Below, in pieces: positions 57,971 to 64,000 of a stretch of 64,000 nt of DNA (position 1 is its first letter; each line of letters starts with the position of its first letter). This stretch comes from Saprospirales bacterium GYS_P2D. Lineage in GTDB: Bacteria; Bacteroidota; Bacteroidia; Chitinophagales; Saprospiraceae. The DNA is taken from assembly GCA_009833045.1 (NCBI GenBank), contig WUUP01000001.1, forward strand, positions 49,440 to 113,439, read 5' to 3'. Position numbers and translations under genes: made by a program. The notes beneath the pieces are model-generated. The model had not been told where the DNA came from. It did no database searches and saw only the letters and a list, made by a program, of their open reading frames with translations.

Positions 57971-58828
57971 CTAAAGTTTAATCCAACTATTTAAAATCAA
58001 ATTTTCCTCGTCCAAATTATCTTTCCAATTTATTGGAGCGATTATATGAGCATTGCAATTTGAATTCAAAAAAGCTGCCCACCAACTAAAAGTACTATTC
58101 GCTATAATATTGTGATCACATCTTGACATTAATGCCATATCCCTCCAATCTGATCCACTAGACTCATCAGAACTTACTAACGTATAATTAATATTCCATT
58201 TAGCAAAAAACTCATTCGACCATTTTGGATCATCCGAAAAAATAAAGTAATGAACATCTTTATAATTCGATTCAAAGAAATTAATAGCTTTTTTATAATA
58301 CGATATTGACAGCACTTTAAAACCACTGTCGTATGTCATGTTTAAATAATCTCCTCTCCTAACATGAATACTGACACTAACTTTTGATTTTTTTATCTCC
58401 GACAACCAATTTATGTCTTCATACTTCCTTGCAATGTTAAACTTAAATAATCCGAACAATTCATTTTTATATGGAACGAAGTATTTCTTATCATTCCAAT
58501 ATCCCCTCATATATACATTTCCAAATCTGTTTAAGATTTTGAAAAGTGAGGATTCTGGACTTTTGTCCGTATATTGATATTTCTCATTCCAAAATGGCGC
58601 AATTCGCTTCAACTTACCATGAAATGGTTGATATTGAAACAATTCAATCATAGTCATTTCATTCAATGGAATTCCAAAATACTGGAGTGACAATTCTCTA
58701 TTGGTATTCCGATTAGTATCTCTGAAAATGTACTTCACTTCATGTCCCGTTTTTAGAGAAATTATGTATGCAAATGCATACTGAAACATTTGATTTCCCA
58801 GTCCTCCCTTCAATTCAATAAATATCAC
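57971..58828 (-). CDS. alpha-1,2-fucosyltransferase, glycosyltransferase family 11
   Basis: 285 aa; N-terminal LKGGLGNQMFQYAFAY and the GT11 hallmark HVRRGDY. Confidence 0.85.
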   Translation of the reverse strand: MIFIELKGGLGNQMFQYAFAYIISLKTGHEVKYIFRDTNRNTNRELSLQYFGIPLNEMTMIELFQYQPFHGKLKRIAPFWNEKYQYTDKSPESSLFKILNRFGNVYMRGYWNDKKYFVPYKNELFGLFKFNIARKYEDINWLSEIKKSKVSVSIHVRRGDYLNMTYDSGFKVLSISYYKKAINFFESNYKDVHYFIFSDDPKWSNEFFAKWNINYTLVSSDESSGSDWRDMALMSRCDHNIIANSTFSWWAAFLNSNCNAHIIAPINWKDNLDEENLILNSWIKL

Positions 58829-58877
58829 TTTTGATTTTCCAATTTATAATTTGAGAAAATTTTAATTAGACTCAAGC

Positions 58878-59528
58878 CTATTCGATTTTAGAATAAATAT
58901 CACCAAATTTAGAAGCTTCAAACTCGACTGAATCGATAAGCCCTAATAACTCTTTTCTAGTTACCCATGACTCTAGTGCCCATTCCATAGATTCTTGAAT
59001 GGAATAATTAAATGAAACACTTTTATCGCCAGAAATCTTTCCTATTCTATCAATGCATGCAACAATATTCTGTTTACCCTCAGGGATCGCAAATTCAAAT
59101 GATTTATACTTTATTGGATGAGATAAGCCTCTGAGTACTTCCAACTCAAAACCTTCGACATCTATCTTAATATATAATGGCATACCAATTTCTTCTATTA
59201 TACTGTCTAAAGTCACAATTTCAATAGTTTCCTTTCTGCTCCATTTATAATTCTTAAACCTTCCACTTTTCTTTATATCTGTTATCCATTGTTCATTAAA
59301 ACTACTTAACGTACTAACATTAGATATAAACATGGTTTTTGTCTCATTTTTAAGACCTACTCCTTTAGGTATTACTATTATTCTCTTACCGAAAACATCA
59401 TTTAACAATTCATAACATCTTTTTTGGGGTTCAATTGCTACTATCTTCCGTACATCATTCAGTATTGGAAAAATTCTATTCCCCATATTTGTGCCAACAT
59501 TAAAAAAAAATATCATTTGGAGAATCAA
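58878..59528 (-). CDS. FkbM-family methyltransferase (third copy)
   Basis: 216 aa; NVGTNMGN and IKIDVEGFELEVLRG. Confidence 0.55.
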   Translation of the reverse strand: MILQMIFFFNVGTNMGNRIFPILNDVRKIVAIEPQKRCYELLNDVFGKRIIVIPKGVGLKNETKTMFISNVSTLSSFNEQWITDIKKSGRFKNYKWSRKETIEIVTLDSIIEEIGMPLYIKIDVEGFELEVLRGLSHPIKYKSFEFAIPEGKQNIVACIDRIGKISGDKSVSFNYSIQESMEWALESWVTRKELLGLIDSVEFEASKFGDIYSKIE

Positions 59529-59630
59529 AAAACTGTAGCATAAATTGTCTTCTTTTTAAATATTTTTTTATCTTTAAAGTTCTTATGCCAAAATTTGACG
59601 ATATTATAAATCCTTTCCCCTTCAATTTTT

Positions 59631-60476
59631 TTAAACATTTTTAATTATTTTTTTTGAAATGTCCTCGATCCGTTTTTTAGTGAATATTATTGATTCATAG
59701 GGGAGCATCTCAACAGGAACACTTTTTAATAGATCAGAAAAAGAGTATTTGTCTTCCCTTAATCTAGATAATCTGAAATTGGCATATTGAATTTGAATGT
59801 CTGACATCATATAGCGATGCTTTTTTAAACAATAATTGTATCCTTTTAGCATATTTTCTGAATTTGTAATTCTTCCAGAATTATGCAAATCATCAATATA
59901 AATTAGCCTTTTATTCAATATATAGGAAGGTCCGTAATTTTTAATTAGACGTATCCATAGATCATAATCTTGTGCAGCCAGTAAATTGGAATCCCACATT
60001 CCTACTTCTTTCACTTTTACAGTTTCCGTAAAAATTGAATTCCCTACTTTATTAGATGTTAGAATTCTATTTAGATCTATTTTTTTAGGTCTGAACATGA
60101 CGCCGTTTATGCCTCCAGATAACTTCGAAGACATAGAACTTACAAAACTGACGGACGATTTAATCCCAAGATAAAAATACAATAAAAGTTCAACTCTTTT
60201 GTGATGGAAGTAATCATCATCATCCAAATTCATATAATACTTTCCCTTAGTCAATTCTAAGCCTCTATTTCTTGAATGCTGAGCTCCAATATTTTGGCTA
60301 TTCTTGTATACCTCTAATCGTCTATCATTGAACTGAGAATAATGACTAAGATCTGCCATAGGATCATCAATGATCACTATTAATTGTATATTTTTGTATG
60401 TCTGATTTAATACAGATGTAATAGCCCTATTCAAAAGCTTTTCTCGTTTATAACTGGTTATAACTACACTTACCAT
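59631..60476 (-). CDS. glycosyltransferase family 2
   Basis: 281 aa; VSVVITSYKREKLLNRAITSVLNQTY and DDD. Confidence 0.75.
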   Translation of the reverse strand: MVSVVITSYKREKLLNRAITSVLNQTYKNIQLIVIIDDPMADLSHYSQFNDRRLEVYKNSQNIGAQHSRNRGLELTKGKYYMNLDDDDYFHHKRVELLLYFYLGIKSSVSFVSSMSSKLSGGINGVMFRPKKIDLNRILTSNKVGNSIFTETVKVKEVGMWDSNLLAAQDYDLWIRLIKNYGPSYILNKRLIYIDDLHNSGRITNSENMLKGYNYCLKKHRYMMSDIQIQYANFRLSRLREDKYSFSDLLKSVPVEMLPYESIIFTKKRIEDISKKIIKNV

Positions 60477-60503
60477 TTATGATAATCTATTCAAATTTAA
60501 ACA

Positions 60504-61397
60504 ATGCTAATATCATTTATAATTTTAACATATAACCGATCATATGAGACTTACGAGGCAATTAAAAATATCATTTATCATTTGAATAAGCCTAGTGGCA
60601 TCATATATGAAATAATCATTTTCAATAATAATTCAACGGCTGATTATTCTGATCTGGAAGACTATATAGCTAAATTTCCATTTGTCAAATACATTAAAAA
60701 CGAGAAAAATGAGGGTGTAGCAATTGGGCGAAATAAGGCTTTTTCATATGCTCAAGGTGAAATATGTATATCCTTGGATGATGATGCTGAATTCATCGAG
60801 GAAAATATCATAGAAAAAACGTTAAAATTATTCGCCGAGTATAAACAAAGTAAAGTTGCCTTACTAACTTATAAAGTGGTAGAAAGAAGTGATGGTAGCA
60901 TTGATATAGCAAGTAAAAATAAAGATGACTTAAAAAAAGATCAATTTTACACTACGTACTTTAAAGGAGGAGCACATGCTGTAATAAAATCCGTTTTTGA
61001 CGAATTAGGAGGATACACGACTACAGGATTATATGGAGCTGAAGAATACGATTTAGCCTATAGAATATTGGATAAAGGATACAGAATCCTACATACTTCG
61101 GATATCAGCATCCTACACAAAAAAGCAGCTTCTGGGAGACAAAACTACCCAGATCAACTGGGCAATCTTTTACTTAATAAAAGTATTATAGCTTATAGAT
61201 TCTTACCATTTCGGTATTTCATAAGTCATCTTTTTATGTGGTCAGGATTCTTTATCATGAAAACAAATGGTAATATTTGGGCATTGTTAAAGTATGTATT
61301 TCAGGCAATTAAAACTGTCATTTCTACTGATCGTCAACCAATTTCTAAGAGTACCATCCAATATATACAGAACATAGGAGGTAGGGTATCTTATTAA
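60504..61397 (+). CDS. glycosyltransferase family 2
   Basis: 297 aa; ISFIILTYNR..., SLDDDAEF. Confidence 0.75.
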   Translation: MLISFIILTYNRSYETYEAIKNIIYHLNKPSGIIYEIIIFNNNSTADYSDLEDYIAKFPFVKYIKNEKNEGVAIGRNKAFSYAQGEICISLDDDAEFIEENIIEKTLKLFAEYKQSKVALLTYKVVERSDGSIDIASKNKDDLKKDQFYTTYFKGGAHAVIKSVFDELGGYTTTGLYGAEEYDLAYRILDKGYRILHTSDISILHKKAASGRQNYPDQLGNLLLNKSIIAYRFLPFRYFISHLFMWSGFFIMKTNGNIWALLKYVFQAIKTVISTDRQPISKSTIQYIQNIGGRVSY

Positions 61398-62173
61398 TTC
61401 GATACAATATAATATCCACAAGTAGTATAAAAATTTCGAATAAACCTGATTGTTGAAAATATTTTGGGTACTTTCTTCGGAAGCAAGCCGAACTTAATTT
61501 CATAATTTGGATTAAATACATACAAATCTCTTTTGCTAATGGCTAACTCACTCGTTTTGAGGTGCCTTTCAAATGTTTCTAAACTGAGACCAGTTTCTCT
61601 AATTTCCATTCGTGATTCAATTGTCGATTCAGGCACATTAGCTAATTTCATCAGTCCTACATAAAGCACTTTTGGCAACAAATGAATATATGGTAACTTA
61701 GACACCCATCCCTTCAAAACCTGTTGATGTCCGCCAAATGGCATATGCCATGGCGGGAATCCAAAAAATATAATACCATCGGGTTTGAGAAAGGATTTGA
61801 TGTACTTCATGAATTTCTCTTGATCGGGAATATGCTCTATCACATCACGGAGAAAAATGACATCAAATATCCCGACACTTTCGATTGAGACTTTATAAAT
61901 ATCTTCCAAAATCAAATCAACTTGATTATATCCATCAGCAGCGAGATACGATCGAGCTCGACCTAATTGACTCTCATTTATATCTACTCCTATCACCTCG
62001 CATCCCATCTTGAGAAATGGTAAAAGATTACCTCCCTCTCCACATCCGACCTCCAATACTCGCATATCAGAAGTAATCATCTTAACATCATTGATAAATG
62101 GAATTACATACTTCTCGGTAGTATAGGCTTGCTCCTCGTAGTATCGTCGTCTGTCTTTGTGGCGTTCTTGCAT
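61394..62173 (-). CDS. class I SAM-dependent methyltransferase
   Basis: 259 aa; motif I VLEVGCGEGGNL. Confidence 0.7.
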   Translation of the reverse strand: MQERHKDRRRYYEEQAYTTEKYVIPFINDVKMITSDMRVLEVGCGEGGNLLPFLKMGCEVIGVDINESQLGRARSYLAADGYNQVDLILEDIYKVSIESVGIFDVIFLRDVIEHIPDQEKFMKYIKSFLKPDGIIFFGFPPWHMPFGGHQQVLKGWVSKLPYIHLLPKVLYVGLMKLANVPESTIESRMEIRETGLSLETFERHLKTSELAISKRDLYVFNPNYEIKFGLLPKKVPKIFSTIRFIRNFYTTCGYYIVSN

Positions 62174-62236
62174 TGTCTTAGATTTAGAAGATCGTGAGCT
62201 TACAAATTTGACTATTATATTTCATAATATTGGCAT

Positions 62237-63256
62237 ATGAAATACAGCTTTATCATACCGACCTATAATAGACTGAATGAACTACAGGAATTAATACCCT
62301 CTATTAATGAGCTAAATTATAACAAAGCTAATTTCGAATTAATCATAGTGGATGACGGATCTACAGATGATACTGAAAGTTATATAAGAAGCTTATCACT
62401 CTCCTTTGAGTTAAAATACCATCAACAAGCAAATCAGGGACCAGGTGCTGCCAGAAATAAAGGGATGTCACTGGCAGAGGGGGAATACTTCTTGTTTGTA
62501 GATTCAGATTGTATCCTACCAGCAGATTACTTATACCAAATGGATTTAGCTTTAAACGCAAATGATCTTGATGCATTCGGTGGCCCTGATACTTTTCACC
62601 CTTCCTTTTCTCCACTACTTAAAGCTATTAACTACTCCATGACGTCATTCTTAGGTACAGGGGGCACACGTGGTAGCACCAAGAGTATAGCGAAGTATTA
62701 TCCACGTAGTTTTAATATGGGTATAAAAAGAGAAGTCTTTGATCGTATTGGAGGATTTGGCGACCTTAGACATGGACAGGATATGGATTATTCGGCAAGA
62801 ATTTATGCCGCTGACTTCAAGGTCGGGTTTGTAGAAGAGGCATATGTATATCACAAAAGAAGAACCAGCTTTTGGAAATTCTTCAAACAAATACACAACT
62901 GGGGCGTCACTCGGATAAATCTCGCAGCAATGCATCCTGATATGCTAAAACCCATACATCTTTTACCAGCTATGATAGTACTAATCGGATGTATCATCAT
63001 GGCTCTGTCTATATTTCTGCCATTAGCAAGACTACTGCTTATAATAGGTCTGGGTGGCATGATGCTCATATCCGCTATGGCATTTTTTCAGTCCTATAGA
63101 ACCTATAAATCTCTCAATGTTGCCTTATTATCCATATTCACTCTCATAGTACAGGTGGGTGCATATGGTATAGGTTCACTTAATGGCATTTGGCAAAAAT
63201 GGATATTAAAGAAGCCTGTTGCTATAGGAATCACTAAAAATTACTACGGAAAGTAA
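62237..63256 (+). CDS. GT2 glycosyltransferase with C-terminal transmembrane helices (GtrB/DPM1-like polyprenyl-phosphate glycosyltransferase candidate)
   Basis: 339 aa; FIIPTYNR, IIVDDGSTDDT, FVDSDC, then 2-3 hydrophobic helices in the last about 100 aa. Confidence 0.65.
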   Translation: MKYSFIIPTYNRLNELQELIPSINELNYNKANFELIIVDDGSTDDTESYIRSLSLSFELKYHQQANQGPGAARNKGMSLAEGEYFLFVDSDCILPADYLYQMDLALNANDLDAFGGPDTFHPSFSPLLKAINYSMTSFLGTGGTRGSTKSIAKYYPRSFNMGIKREVFDRIGGFGDLRHGQDMDYSARIYAADFKVGFVEEAYVYHKRRTSFWKFFKQIHNWGVTRINLAAMHPDMLKPIHLLPAMIVLIGCIIMALSIFLPLARLLLIIGLGGMMLISAMAFFQSYRTYKSLNVALLSIFTLIVQVGAYGIGSLNGIWQKWILKKPVAIGITKNYYGK

Positions 63257-63257
63257 T

Positions 63258-64000
63258 TTATTTCTTCGTTTTCGACTTCTTCTTAGTTGACTTATAACTC
63301 TTATTCTTTATTTCTAAATCAGAGTTTTGATTTAAAAATTCTGATTTTAAATACATACCAAGCGCCCCTAAACCTAATAGAAGTAATACCAATGAAGAAG
63401 CCAAAGTAATTTTCTCACCAGTGTAATAGGATACTGGCCTAAACTCAAAAACCACCTCATGATCTCCAGCAGGAACCATCACAGCTCTCAATAAATAGTT
63501 TGCACGGAGTAAAGGAGCTTCTTCTCCATCTATATAAACTTTCCAGCTTTTACCGTCAAACCATATTTCACTAAACACCGCTAGGCCAGCACCATTATTG
63601 GTAGTACTATATACTATTTTGTCAGGTTCATAAGATGTAATATTTATAGTTCCATTGTTCGATAAAGAATTTAGATCGGCACTATTTATGTTTTGGTCAA
63701 ATTCAGAAGATAGAATCACTGCCTCCGTCTTTGCATCTAAATTTTCTAAAGCAGCAAATTCTTCATCAGGAGTTGAAACAGATCTTATTTTATCTACAAA
63801 CCAAGCTGTTCCGAGAGCTCCTGGGTTTCTTTGTATCTGAGCCTGTCCATCAGTTCCACCTGTAATAAAATACTTCGTGTTGAGCATATTATATACTCCC
63901 ATATTACTCTTACTGATGTATCCATCTATGACATCTTGGATACGTTGCAATTTGACAGGATCATAGCCACCTATAGTATTGTGAAAGTAGGAAGTATTCG
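63258..64000 (-). CDS. C-terminal part of a large membrane protein, YfhO-family-like; 5' end beyond window
   Basis: reading frame stays open to position 64000 upstream of the TTG the ORF track used; NTIGGYDP and KYFITGG segments; C-terminal TM + Lys-rich tail. Confidence 0.45.
   Translation of the reverse strand, partial: NTSYFHNTIGGYDPVKLQRIQDVIDGYISKSNMGVYNMLNTKYFITGGTDGQAQIQRNPGALGTAWFVDKIRSVSTPDEEFAALENLDAKTEAVILSSEFDQNINSADLNSLSNNGTINITSYEPDKIVYSTTNNGAGLAVFSEIWFDGKSWKVYIDGEEAPLLRANYLLRAVMVPAGDHEVVFEFRPVSYYTGEKITLASSLVLLLLGLGALGMYLKSEFLNQNSDLEIKNKSYKSTKKKSKTKK

Overview
The window reads as a chromosomal segment from a Bacteroidota (Bacteroidetes) genome. Three secreted proteins end in T9SS-type C-terminal sorting domains, there is a SprB-repeat protein, a DUF1573 protein, a DUF4295 gene after rpmB-rpmG, and genes are tightly packed with frequent start/stop overlaps. 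I can support about 65 protein genes and one tRNA (Arg-ACG). I saw no transposase, integrase, phage gene or CRISPR array anywhere in the 64 kb.

Layout:
1. 0-7.7 kb: a lipid-oxygenation cluster (enoyl-CoA hydratase, fatty-acid hydroxylase/desaturase, Baeyer-Villiger-type monooxygenase, heme-type membrane protein), then a PIN-PhoH ATPase, a DEAD-box helicase and a cytochrome c.
2. 8.3-16.9 kb: a minus-strand operon of three secreted proteins (unannotated 274 aa, BNR-repeat 842 aa, beta-helix 675 aa). It is preceded by a LuxR-HTH-only ORF and a TPR-sensor histidine kinase/response-regulator pair.
3. 17-25 kb: housekeeping and salvage genes (RidA-like, GH20 hexosaminidase, cyclase, rimM, nupC-like/udk).
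4. 26.3-30.9 kb: a single 1552-aa collagen-like gene, about 3.9 kb of Gly-X-Y coding repeats with a perfect 90-bp tandem duplication. This is the most unusual object in the window.
5. 31-48.8 kb: NfeD-flotillin operon, lepB, an S8 protease (T9SS), tRNA-Arg, rpmB-rpmG-DUF4295-ftsY, a SprB-repeat T9SS protein, lepA, etfBA, dapF.
6. 48.9-64 kb: a glycan biosynthesis locus. It holds a fused ABC exporter, gmd-fcl (GDP-fucose), a WbpA/B/E/D-like set for a 2,3-diacetamido uronic sugar, three FkbM-type methyltransferases plus one class I methyltransferase, a GT11 alpha-1,2-fucosyltransferase, three GT2 enzymes, and a GtrB-like/YfhO-like pair running off the window end.

Start codons in the supplied ORF track include TTG (e.g. 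63950, 44351), so some 5' ends are uncertain. Where an obvious ATG sits at a gene junction I adjusted the start.
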